Made by a program: the position numbers and the translations under genes
Shown: in pieces, positions 36,588 through 45,361 of the stretch
How the letters are laid out: the number at the start of each line of letters is the position of its first letter
Position numbering within the stretch: position 1 is the first letter of the stretch
Assembly (NCBI GenBank): GCA_019828565.1
Contig: JAHDYR010000029.1
Location: 62,001-126,000, forward strand
Source of the DNA: Carpediemonas membranifera BICM
Taxonomy: Eukaryota > Protista > Fornicata
DNA: 64,000 bases
Reading direction: 5' to 3'
Notes under the pieces: model-generated
Told to the model about the DNA's origin: nothing
The model's database searches: none
Seen by the model: only the letters and a program-made list of their open reading frames with translations

Positions 36588-36618
36588 ATTTCTTTCTTTC
36601 TCTTTCTTTCTTTCTTTC
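36588..36618 (+). repeat. (TTTC)n 3' tail of element X
   Basis: Microsatellite following CCATAAA. Confidence 0.9.
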
Positions 36619-37330
36619 GTCCCTCTGCTTCTTCCAGCACTTTGTGGCATCGTAGCCCACCTTGTTGCAGTAGGGGCACTTGGTAGACGCCTTGTCTTCA
36701 TGCTTCTTCTTGGTCTTCTCGCCCTTCGACTCAACTGACTGACGCTGCGCCTCACGACTACCCTTCTCAGCCTCCAGGGCTTGCTCAAAAGCCACCTTCA
36801 TGGTCTCCTCGTTCTCTTGCTCTTCTTCTTGGCGCCGATTCGCTCTCTCAGGACTTGACAGCGGACTCCCGCGACGAACGCCTCCACGAGTTGCTTGGCT
36901 TGAGGCTGCAGCTCGCCGAAGTAGGAACACGTCTCCTTGAATGTCAGCACGTAATCGGCCATGTTCTCGACGAGATTGCCCGACTCGGGGCAATTCAGCT
37001 TCTTCAGCCATTCGATGGCCTCTAGCTCGTCGAGAGGTTGGAACATCTTGTTAATCAGGTCGATAAACTCCTCGTTCCACTCCGTCTCACGATCGGGGTC
37101 ATGCTCATCCATCGGTTCATCCACCACATGGAGAAAAGAGCCCAGCATGGGAGAACGGCACTTAAACGTTTCGAGCACTTCGTTTGACACCAGGTCGAAA
37201 ATAGCAATCGGATCACGGCACCTAGCGGCATAAGCACGCCAGGACTTAACCATATGGCGCCACTCCGCCACACCACAGAGACCTTATTAAGGTAGGGTGC
37301 GTAGTTCAGTACTGTTTCCGGTACTGCCAT
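36619..37330 (-). pseudogene. gag fragment of LTR element G
   Basis: MAVPETV start, helical gag-like body, CPYCNKVGYDATKC degenerate knuckle; frameshifted and truncated by element X. Confidence 0.75.
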
Positions 37331-37332
37331 GG

Positions 37333-37344
37333 CAATATATATTG
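37333..37344. other. 12-bp palindrome CAATATATATTG at the PBS position of element G
   Basis: Overlaps the terminal CA of the putative LTR; gag ATG is 13 nt from the LTR. Confidence 0.75.
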
Positions 37345-37409
37345 TTGCAGCAGGAAACACAGAGAGTGATTTAATTGATCCGGGGTAAATCAGTCATCAA
37401 TTGATTACA
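37343..37409 (-). repeat. Putative LTR of element G (67 bp)
   Basis: TGT...ACA termini; PPT-like GGGGGAAG on the upstream side and gag on the downstream side. Confidence 0.65.
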
Positions 37410-37424
37410 CTTCCCCCAAGATCC

Positions 37425-37576
37425 GTATCTGGCCGCTCATCCGGGTCTAGAGCCTCTCTTCGCGCGTTACAAGCGCAAGTTCCGAGGCAAAGGCCGCCGT
37501 TTGGTGAGCCTCGCTCGAGGAGGGAAGTGTGAGTCAGTGCAGTTTATGTAAATCGGACCACCCTGCAACTTACACA
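37425..37576 (+). mobile_element. 3' remnant of an F-related element (pol C-terminus, PPT, about 49-bp LTR from 37528)
   Basis: Encodes YLAAHPGLEPLFARYKRKFRGKGRR, similar to the F C-terminus; GAGGAGGGAAG followed by TGTG...CACA. Confidence 0.7.
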
Positions 37577-37982
37577 GATGTGCCGCCCTCCCCCTCAGGC
37601 CCTGCCTCCTCTCACGTCGATTCTGCAGGCAGGGTTCGCTGTGAGCCTTCAGGCCGGCGACTTCCACCACAGAGACCTCCCTTTGTTCTTACACAGCTGC
37701 CTCACCCGAAAGCCCCTTGGTAATGCGCCTGTCTGAATCAAATCTCTTGATACTGATGTTCTGCAGCAGACACTTCAACATCAACGGCCTCATTTATCGT
37801 TTGATATTGATGTTATGTAATCACACAGGAAATCTCTACTCTCTGTTTCCACCTGCAACACCCCGAACAGACCTGTTTTCTTTCCGCATGGTGCTGTAAG
37901 GTAAGGTAAGGCCAACTAAGGTGCTCATTTGATGAGTATATCAAGATAACATTTCAAAGTTTATCCGCAGTAGTAGTATAAG

Positions 37983-39881
37983 TCAGATCAAAAAGTTGAA
38001 GAGGGAGCTGTCTGAGATCTCTGGCAACAAGTCCTCCCGAGTCAAAGTCGAGTCAGAGTCGAATCCACAGTCGACCATGAACGGCGGCAGGTCCATGGTG
38101 TCCAGCTCGACGTCCAGCCGCTCCAGCTCGACAAAGTGCCTGGCGACGAGGAGGTTGACTTCATTCTTGAGCCTCGGGTCGACAGGCTCGGGCCCCATCG
38201 AGTCGGGGCGGAACAACGACACGACCTGGTCGATCTGGAGCAGGTTCAGTGCGGGGCAGACCCTGGCCCTAGTGGCTGGGTCGAGCAGACCCCGCTTGGA
38301 CATCAGCAGCACGTCCCCCAGCTGTCTCAGCACATCGAGCTCATCGACCGCGTCGCCAACCAGTGGCGTGAGCTCGGTGACGAGGATTTGGACCCTGAGG
38401 CCGGTCGACACAGTGCAGAGGCTGCCCTGTCTCTGGCGGATGATGTGGTTGAAGAGAAGGGACGCGACGTGCCGGTAGAACTGCCGGAACAGGACCGAAC
38501 GCAGGCCCCGTGGGAGGTGGTACGTGTCACAGTCCGCCTCGATCGCCCGGATCAGCCCGACGAGCCCGGCCCTGTCGAGCGGGGCGTCGGTAGTGAGGGG
38601 GAAGTCGAGCAGGGCCGGCACGACGCCCTTGAAGTCGTGGGCGATGTTGCAGTGGGCGAACCACACGGCCTCGTGGACCAGGGCGCCGAGTCGTGACTCC
38701 ACAGAGTCGTCGGGGGCGGGGCGGACGCAGGATAGGACGACCTGCCCGGCGATGCGGCGGTACAGATGGGCGGCGGTGCATGCCATGTGAAGCACGGTCG
38801 CCATAGACGATCGGGCGGCCCACAGCCGGGACGACAGGAGCTCGAGGGCCGAGTGGGCCGGATCAGGGTCAACGTCGAGCCCGCCCCACTCAGCCAGACA
38901 GCGGTGGATGGCCGTGGCGAGGACCGGGGTGCCGCCGGGTGTGTACACGGGGTCCGACAACATCACCATGCGGTCGAAGAGCTGGACACGCTGGGCGGCC
39001 GTCTGCTCCTCCAGGGCGAGGGTCAGGTTGGCGATCTCGGCAGCCCTGGCGTCGATGTCATCGTCCCTGATATCCGAAAGGGACAGGGCCTGGCCCGGGG
39101 AGCACGGGTTGGCAGGGTACGGCAGCGATGCCTGGGTTAGCTCTCGGCCCAGCGTCGACAGCGAGCAGTCGGACTCGTCCGCCTCCATCACCGCGGACAA
39201 CATCGCCAGCCGGGAGTCCTCTACTATCGGGGTAAGGGAGAACGCCTCCGCGTTGGCCAGGCGGGAGCTGTAGCGGGGCGGGAGCGACGTGGGCCCGTCA
39301 GGTCCGGTGCCGCCGTCGGAGCTCGCCGAGGAGGTGCAGATACTGCCCGCAGCAGAGGGGGCGACTGAGAGCGGCACGGCATGGGACAGGTCGGTGATGG
39401 TGATGGCGAGCTCGATGGCCGCAGTCCCTGCCGCCGTCTGGACATCGTATACACGGTCGATAGAAGTGACCGCGGATGACTTCATCTTGGTGTAGATAGA
39501 CGCTACATCGATGTTCAGATGCCCAAGAACGTCGTCGCGGGAGTCGTGGATCGAGAGTGCAAGCTTCTTCTTAACGTAACCACGCTTGGGCGGCTGTTGA
39601 GAATAGAGCATTGTCGTGGCGAATCCAATGGCCTCAGTGATACTCGCGAAACCGTTGCATAGGTCTACGAGCCTGGTGGCGCCCCTGTGGCCCCCACGAC
39701 GCCAACGGATCCTGGCACGGTTGTATACGATCGGAAGGTGCACCGTAGCACTGATAGAAACCTCCACAGGGTTCTCCACAAACCGTTTCCTCTTACTGTG
39801 CTGCGCGATGTACCCGGGGAACATCGCGGTGGCCTGCTCTCTTCCAGTTCGATTTATCGTTGATACATGACATATATACAC
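37983..39881 (-). CDS. NT-type C2 domain plus DIL (dilute) domain protein
   Basis: IRWRRG..GATR and VLGHLNIDVA NT-C2 pattern; LFRQFY..LFNHII..LCT..GLRVQ..CPALNLLQI DIL pattern. Confidence 0.8.
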   Translation of the reverse strand: MYICHVSTINRTGREQATAMFPGYIAQHSKRKRFVENPVEVSISATVHLPIVYNRARIRWRRGGHRGATRLVDLCNGFASITEAIGFATTMLYSQQPPKRGYVKKKLALSIHDSRDDVLGHLNIDVASIYTKMKSSAVTSIDRVYDVQTAAGTAAIELAITITDLSHAVPLSVAPSAAGSICTSSASSDGGTGPDGPTSLPPRYSSRLANAEAFSLTPIVEDSRLAMLSAVMEADESDCSLSTLGRELTQASLPYPANPCSPGQALSLSDIRDDDIDARAAEIANLTLALEEQTAAQRVQLFDRMVMLSDPVYTPGGTPVLATAIHRCLAEWGGLDVDPDPAHSALELLSSRLWAARSSMATVLHMACTAAHLYRRIAGQVVLSCVRPAPDDSVESRLGALVHEAVWFAHCNIAHDFKGVVPALLDFPLTTDAPLDRAGLVGLIRAIEADCDTYHLPRGLRSVLFRQFYRHVASLLFNHIIRQRQGSLCTVSTGLRVQILVTELTPLVGDAVDELDVLRQLGDVLLMSKRGLLDPATRARVCPALNLLQIDQVVSLFRPDSMGPEPVDPRLKNEVNLLVARHFVELERLDVELDTMDLPPFMVDCGFDSDSTLTREDLLPEISDSSLFNFLI

Positions 39882-39893
39882 CCCATACTGCTG

Positions 39894-41186
39894 CTACTTA
39901 TGTTCCAAAACCTCCTCTATCGCACTCATCCACTCCCGCCGGCTCTCGCTCGAGGGAAACTTGACCAGGTATTCGCGTTCGTTCGTCCGAATCACCAGGA
40001 CGTGCCGATGCCCCATAAGATGCTCCCTGGCCACACTAACGTCTGCAGTGAGCTCAATGGCGTTGTTGGGCTCCGTGGCGTCCCTGTCCTTGAAGTAGAA
40101 CAACGACTGCCGTGTGAGCACGAAGAAGTAGTCCGTCCAGCGGTGGAAGCGGTCCCTCTTCGCCCCCTCCCCCGCCCTGATGCACTCGTAGTCTCCCGCC
40201 CGGTCTGCACCGCCGTAGTACCGCGAGAGTACAGACGCACTGAGGGGTGATGGCTCAACTGTGCCGACGGGGATGCCCTCTTTCTCGTAACAGAGGCGCG
40301 TGCAGGCATGCGTATCTGCAGGCATGGTACCACCGAGTGTCTCGATCAGCTGGTCGGGGTCGAATATGTCCTGGAGCGACGAGAAGTCGTGCCCGAATAC
40401 GGTCAGTTTGGCGACGTACTTAGAGTGGACCCAGGGCGTCACCAGCCGCCAGATCATGCGGAACACGGTGTTCGTCCGGAAAATCCAGCTGGGTCCGATA
40501 CGGCCGGGGTAGAAGGACAGCAGCCTCTGGTGGGCCTTCCCCATTTTGATCCGACGACTGGCCCTAAGGTCGAAGCCCTTCAGGTCGATCACGAAGCACA
40601 TGGGCAGCATGCTCTGAGCATGCTCCCTGTCGTACTGCTCCAGCCAGTACGCTAGGGCAGAGATGACCTCGAGGTCGGGAGGCAGTGTCTTCTGGTATCG
40701 GACATACACGGCTGGCAGCCCCTGCTTCGTACGTCCGAGCGGGATGATGTTGAGGGCCTCTAGTGCGGGTGCGACGTGCTTGACGCTGAGCCTGTCGATG
40801 GCCCATGCCTGCCGCCATCGAATGAACTCCACCAAGGACCGGGCTGTCGCATCCAGGTCGTAGTTGTGCTCTCTCAGGAACCGGGCGAGCTTATACTCCC
40901 CTCCGGTCCCGATGGCGTCCTCGGTGAGGGCGTACTGGGCATGGCGTTCTTTCATGTGGGACTCCAGGCGTTTGATCGCAGCGGTGTCCTGCGCTGTTAG
41001 AGCTGATTGTTTTTCAGCCTCTTCAATCCTCCTTTGCATGATAGTTCTTCGTGTGCCGTCGTCCATTGTCGTTTGTTGTGAAAGCCAGTCTTGATCCGAA
41101 TTGAGGACCTCTTCGTGGGGAATATCGCTGCAACCTGCGTTCTTTCGTGTGTTCCTTGCCCGTGATTGTCTGGACAAAGACCACAT
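39894..41186 (-). CDS. CRAL-TRIO (Sec14-like) plus PH domain protein; start probably 41066
   Basis: LARFLR..YDL..FIRWR, VIDLKGF, FYPGRI, QLIETLGG; C-terminal WTDYFFVLT..LFYFKD..REWMSAI PH pattern. Confidence 0.88.
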   Translation of the reverse strand: MWSLSRQSRARNTRKNAGCSDIPHEEVLNSDQDWLSQQTTMDDGTRRTIMQRRIEEAEKQSALTAQDTAAIKRLESHMKERHAQYALTEDAIGTGGEYKLARFLREHNYDLDATARSLVEFIRWRQAWAIDRLSVKHVAPALEALNIIPLGRTKQGLPAVYVRYQKTLPPDLEVISALAYWLEQYDREHAQSMLPMCFVIDLKGFDLRASRRIKMGKAHQRLLSFYPGRIGPSWIFRTNTVFRMIWRLVTPWVHSKYVAKLTVFGHDFSSLQDIFDPDQLIETLGGTMPADTHACTRLCYEKEGIPVGTVEPSPLSASVLSRYYGGADRAGDYECIRAGEGAKRDRFHRWTDYFFVLTRQSLFYFKDRDATEPNNAIELTADVSVAREHLMGHRHVLVIRTNEREYLVKFPSSESRREWMSAIEEVLEHK

Positions 41187-41328
41187 GGCTTGTCGCCAAT
41201 ATTGCTGACACGACGGACACGGTCCCCCGCTGCCCAGGCATTAAGAAGAGGCTCAAGGCTCTAGTGAGATGCTATTAGGTACAAGTCGTGGGCTAGACCC
41301 TTCATCGCCGTCATCCGCAACTTTTAAA

Positions 41329-44300
41329 CTACTTTTCGCGCTTGATCATCTGCACCGCCGTGTCGATGACAGAGTCAATGTCGATGTCCGTCGCCTCCAG
41401 CCGGGCCTTGAGCGCCTTATCGAGCGCCAGTCTCAGGTTCTCGAGAGTGTAGTACTGGACGCCCGTGATGGTAAACTTGAGCCAGCCGTCCACCACCAGC
41501 TTGTGCTTGCTGGGCTCAGCCACACGGTCCTTGCTGAACAGGATCAGCGGCAGCGTGCTGACGGCCGTGGCGTCCCGGACGTACTTCCTCGAGCTGATCA
41601 TGACCTCCGTGTACACAATGTGTGGCCACGCCTGGGAGAACACACCCGGGTGAGACAGCAGGCTCCCGGGGTGAAGCACGTAGTCGGCGACGTTCAGCCT
41701 GCTCTTGAGGCGCCCCCCGGGGATCTGTGCGAGCACGTTCGGGTACAGCCCGGCGACCAGCATGGCCCGCAGCACCCGGCGGTTGTGGGAGTTCTCATTG
41801 AAGTCGGTGAGGCCAGGGGACGCGGCCTTGTCCCTCAGCAGCTTGCCCTTGATGGTGTGCAGGGGCGGCACGAACCCGGCGTCCACGAGCAGCCCGAAGT
41901 ACTGGTTCTTCGTCTCCAGCAGCTCGGTAAAAGTACGCGGGGAGAGATAGTGCGTGCGACACCACGCGTTGCCCTCGCCCTTGTCGGACGCCTTCCTCCA
42001 GGCCTCGTATGCGTTGACCAGTGCGATGTGGTCGCCGGGCACGGTCTTGTCGATGAACTTGGCCCACATCTGCTGGGCCTGCTCCCGACGGTCAAAGGGC
42101 GCCTGGAACAGGGGGCGCGAGAGGGACATCGCCGCAGCAATGACCAGCACGCCGTCCAAAGCCCTGAACAGTGTGCCGATGACGAGCATCTTGGACAGGT
42201 TGGCCGAGAGGGGGAAGCGGGCCAGGTGGGACCCGAGCGGCGTCAGGCTGTTGGTGTCGTCCAGCGCCTCGATTGTCCGCAGGTACTCCAACTCGTGCTC
42301 GACGACGGTCTCTGTGGGCGGCTCGATTGCCTTGGCCAGCACGGCCATGGGCTCCCCCAGCCCGATGGCCAGGATCTGGAGCAGCAGCGACTGCAGGGGG
42401 ACCCGCTTCATCTCGGGGATCTCGTGGGCCTTCATGCGGTCGAACTCCCACTGGGGGAACAGTCTGAACGTGTGGCCCGGCCGGACCCGACCCGCACGGC
42501 CGGCCCTCTGGTTGGCAGAGGCTTGGGCGATCCACCTCTCCTCGAGCCGGGCGGTGTGGTGGCGGTGATTGTACGTGTTGATCTTGGCCTTGCCCGTGTC
42601 GATGACGTACGTCACGTCGTCCACCGTCACTGACGTCTCGGCGATGTTCGTCGTCAGCACGATCTTACGAGTCCCCCGCGGCACTGGCTGGAACACCAGC
42701 GCCTGGTCCCGGTCCGACACGGCCGAGTGCAGCGGCAGGATGCGGGCCCGGCTGCCCTGGAGGGCGGGGCGGGACAGCAGCTCCTCCTGGGCCGACACGA
42801 TCTCAGCCATGCCGGGCAGGAAGACGAGGATGGCCCCACCGTCGTCGTCGGGGTCAGCCATGATGAGGTCCTCGATGACCGCACCAATGAGGGGGAAACA
42901 GATCGAGTCGATATCGACTTCAGCCAGGGTGTTTCTGACGAAATCAGACGATTCGGGGTACAGCTCGGCGAGCTCGGTCGCCCGCTGCTTGGCCGCCTGG
43001 GCCTCCTCCAGCAGGGCCTGCGTGTCCGTCCTGTTGCCCGTGGTGAACGCAGCCTTCTTACTGACCCCACAGACGCGGCCGTCTCTCACGATGTGGTCCT
43101 CGAAGACGTCAGCCGCGACACTGGCCCCGAGTCGGTCAACGATGGTCTCCAGTGTCTCTATGGTCACCGGGAACGTCCGGCCTGGGATCTGGAGGATGGG
43201 GGCGCCGTTGAAGTAGCCGCTGAAGAGCTTGGCGTTGATGGTGGCGGACATGAGCAGCACTTTAAGGTCAGGTCTCCTGACCAGGACGTCTCTAAGCACC
43301 AGAAGGAGGAAGTCGGTGTCGAGATCCCGCTCGTGAACCTCGTCCACGACCACGTGGGTCACTCCATCCAGTGTAGTGTCGTCGATGAGCCGACGGAGCA
43401 GCACACCGGTTGTCATAAACGTCAACCTCGTCTGTGGTCCGACTCGAGACTCAAGTCGGATTTGGTACCCGACCTCGAGACCGACCCGGGTGCAGCGCTC
43501 CTCTGCCACACGGCGGGCCAGACTCGTGGCCGCCACACGGCGGGGCTGGGTGACGAGGATGTTGCCGGCCACCCCGCTGTTGATGGCGTCGTCGAGGAGC
43601 AGTGAAGGCAGCTGGGTCGACTTGCCCGCACCCGTGTCCGCGCAGACTACGATGACCTGGTTCTTGGACACCATCTGGAGGAAGTCGTGTCGGGCCTTGT
43701 ACGCGGGCAGGGCTTGGCGGCCGATGAGCATGGTCTTGAAGGCCTTGGTGGCCCGTCTGCTGTCGAGCTCGGCCTTGAGCACCTCGACCGGAGTGTGCTC
43801 GGGGAACTTCTTCCTGCCACCGGCCAGCTTGACCTTTTTCCTGAAGACATGCTGGGCACGGACCTTCTTCTCCTCGACAATGACGGGGGCGGGCAGGAAG
43901 GGGGCCCTGATGTCGCCTTCGCCCACTGTTGCCGCCTGGAGGATGTCGGCCAGGTCGTTCTGGACGTCCATCACGGCCTCCATGACGGGCTGCCCATAAG
44001 GGCCGCAGCAGGAGTCCAGGAAGGGCGTCATACGGGTCAACACGGCTCTGCAGGCGAGCGGGTTGTCCAGCTGTCCGAACTCTCCCTCGCACACCATGCC
44101 CACCTCGACCAGGGGGGGCGTGACTGGGTAGGGCGCGAAGTCCCCGCTGGTCGTCAGCCATCTCGGGTGGGGGGTCGGCTCAGCGAGGGCCAGCTGCAGC
44201 GGGGCCGTGGTGGGTAGGGTGAATGTCAGCTTCACGGCGCATATGGACGCGACGACGGTGCCGATCGGAACAGTGAGGGAGATGCGGGTCGACCCTTCCT

Positions 44301-45180
44301 CTCCCGTGACGACCTCGGTGTCCTCGTAGATGGCCTGCAGCGTCTCGACCTCCATGTCAACGGCGTCGGGCATGGGCTCCTCGCCCTCCTCGACGTCGGG
44401 GTTCACGGGGTCATAGAAGGCCGCCAGGAACGTCAGCTTAGGGTCGGCCTGAGCCTTAGACTCGAGCCACACAGCCCTGTTGGCCTCCCACGCGTAGGCC
44501 CCCTTGTTGGAGACCATCCCGACGGTATACTTCAGCAGCGGCGTGTCGTCCTCGATGGCCGGTACTGTCCCGCTGTCGTCGATGAGCTGCACCGCCTTGA
44601 GTGCGTCCATCCCGGTCTGCTCCATGGGCAGCGTCGCCCTTGTCTTGACCTCCCCGGCCACCTTCTTGCCCCCCACAGCGTCGGGGATGTCGTCGGTGTC
44701 GAGCTGGCCGATGAGGTAGGAGATGCAGGTGTCCATGGCCTGACTCTGCTTCTCCTGAAACCTCGCCTTGGCCTTCTTACCATTGGGTCGCTGGATCGGG
44801 TGCAGGGCGGCGTCGTCCATGACATGGTCCCCGAACACAGCCTTCAGCGCTTGCTCCGCATGGTCCTCTGAGAAGCCGAGGTACACCAAGTCGCTCTGGA
44901 TCTGGAGAGGGGCGAAGGGAGGGTCCTCCTGCGGCCGGAACTTCAGCTTGCGGTTCTGGAGCTCGTTCACGAAACTGTCATCCTGGAATGCAAACGTTCT
45001 GAGTACATTATGGAGAACGGACACGTCAGTCTCGGTCAGATTGAGGGAAGACTGCTTTGGCGGCTTCACACGCTGTTGATCCGCCTCCTCCTTGCGCCTC
45101 GCAAGGGTACGGCGAATTTGCTCATTCTTCTCGTCTTCACGAGCTTGCTGACGCGCGCGGACACGCTTTTGTGGCGGCAT
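41329..45180 (-). CDS. DEAH-box RNA helicase, DHX57/DHX29/DHX36-like, with an RWD-like region
   Basis: DTGAGKST, TQPRRVAA, DEVHER, MSAT, TNIAETSVT, QRAGRAGR, HA2/OB C-terminus. Confidence 0.95.
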   Translation of the reverse strand: MPPQKRVRARQQAREDEKNEQIRRTLARRKEEADQQRVKPPKQSSLNLTETDVSVLHNVLRTFAFQDDSFVNELQNRKLKFRPQEDPPFAPLQIQSDLVYLGFSEDHAEQALKAVFGDHVMDDAALHPIQRPNGKKAKARFQEKQSQAMDTCISYLIGQLDTDDIPDAVGGKKVAGEVKTRATLPMEQTGMDALKAVQLIDDSGTVPAIEDDTPLLKYTVGMVSNKGAYAWEANRAVWLESKAQADPKLTFLAAFYDPVNPDVEEGEEPMPDAVDMEVETLQAIYEDTEVVTGEEGSTRISLTVPIGTVVASICAVKLTFTLPTTAPLQLALAEPTPHPRWLTTSGDFAPYPVTPPLVEVGMVCEGEFGQLDNPLACRAVLTRMTPFLDSCCGPYGQPVMEAVMDVQNDLADILQAATVGEGDIRAPFLPAPVIVEEKKVRAQHVFRKKVKLAGGRKKFPEHTPVEVLKAELDSRRATKAFKTMLIGRQALPAYKARHDFLQMVSKNQVIVVCADTGAGKSTQLPSLLLDDAINSGVAGNILVTQPRRVAATSLARRVAEERCTRVGLEVGYQIRLESRVGPQTRLTFMTTGVLLRRLIDDTTLDGVTHVVVDEVHERDLDTDFLLLVLRDVLVRRPDLKVLLMSATINAKLFSGYFNGAPILQIPGRTFPVTIETLETIVDRLGASVAADVFEDHIVRDGRVCGVSKKAAFTTGNRTDTQALLEEAQAAKQRATELAELYPESSDFVRNTLAEVDIDSICFPLIGAVIEDLIMADPDDDGGAILVFLPGMAEIVSAQEELLSRPALQGSRARILPLHSAVSDRDQALVFQPVPRGTRKIVLTTNIAETSVTVDDVTYVIDTGKAKINTYNHRHHTARLEERWIAQASANQRAGRAGRVRPGHTFRLFPQWEFDRMKAHEIPEMKRVPLQSLLLQILAIGLGEPMAVLAKAIEPPTETVVEHELEYLRTIEALDDTNSLTPLGSHLARFPLSANLSKMLVIGTLFRALDGVLVIAAAMSLSRPLFQAPFDRREQAQQMWAKFIDKTVPGDHIALVNAYEAWRKASDKGEGNAWCRTHYLSPRTFTELLETKNQYFGLLVDAGFVPPLHTIKGKLLRDKAASPGLTDFNENSHNRRVLRAMLVAGLYPNVLAQIPGGRLKSRLNVADYVLHPGSLLSHPGVFSQAWPHIVYTEVMISSRKYVRDATAVSTLPLILFSKDRVAEPSKHKLVVDGWLKFTITGVQYYTLENLRLALDKALKARLEATDIDIDSVIDTAVQMIKREK

Positions 45181-45361
45181 AAACGTCTGCTGAGCAACTG
45201 CAAGGGCGCATAAAATGCGAAATCAGAAGAAGAGTGGCTTTGGTCAACTTCGGCACCTCCCACTCATGGGCAGAGTGACGTTCCCGAGATCTCTGTTATG
45301 TGAGAGTTATGTACCATCGTAATTCTGAGCGCGAACGGAGCGTGCTACGGACTGTGCAGTA

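Larger units (their letters stand above)
19457..36618 (+). mobile_element. Element X complex: (TTTC)n-tailed non-LTR-like element (19457-23629 plus 35122-36618) enclosing an inverted self-duplication
   Basis: 16-bp direct repeat TGGAAGGTCACCAGGT at 23614-23629 and 35106-35121; tails near 23630, 30918 and 36588; CCHC-type ORF before a long 3' region. Confidence 0.8.

Noticed and set aside
29716-36618. Penelope-like element with pseudo-LTRs and hammerhead ribozymes
   Set aside because: No GIY-YIG, Penelope RT or hammerhead core found by eye. The 14-16 bp TSDs, microsatellite tail and CCHC finger fit a LINE-like element better. Not fully excluded.
769-36618. (TTTC)n tracts as telomeric repeats or CRISPR-like arrays
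   Set aside because: They are short, irregular and nearly always at the 3' end of the same element family; there is no repeat-spacer structure.
36251-36655. Conserved peptide DCRE..KVLQ..EDRPPGS in the 3' region of the tailed elements
   Set aside because: Starts, ends and frames differ between subfamilies; nucleotide or structure conservation explains the similarity. RNAcode would settle it.
18791-37409. Integrase fragment D and gag fragment G as two halves of one element split by X
   Set aside because: The inferred LTRs (11503-11604 and 37343-37409) do not match, and no TSD flanks the X complex.
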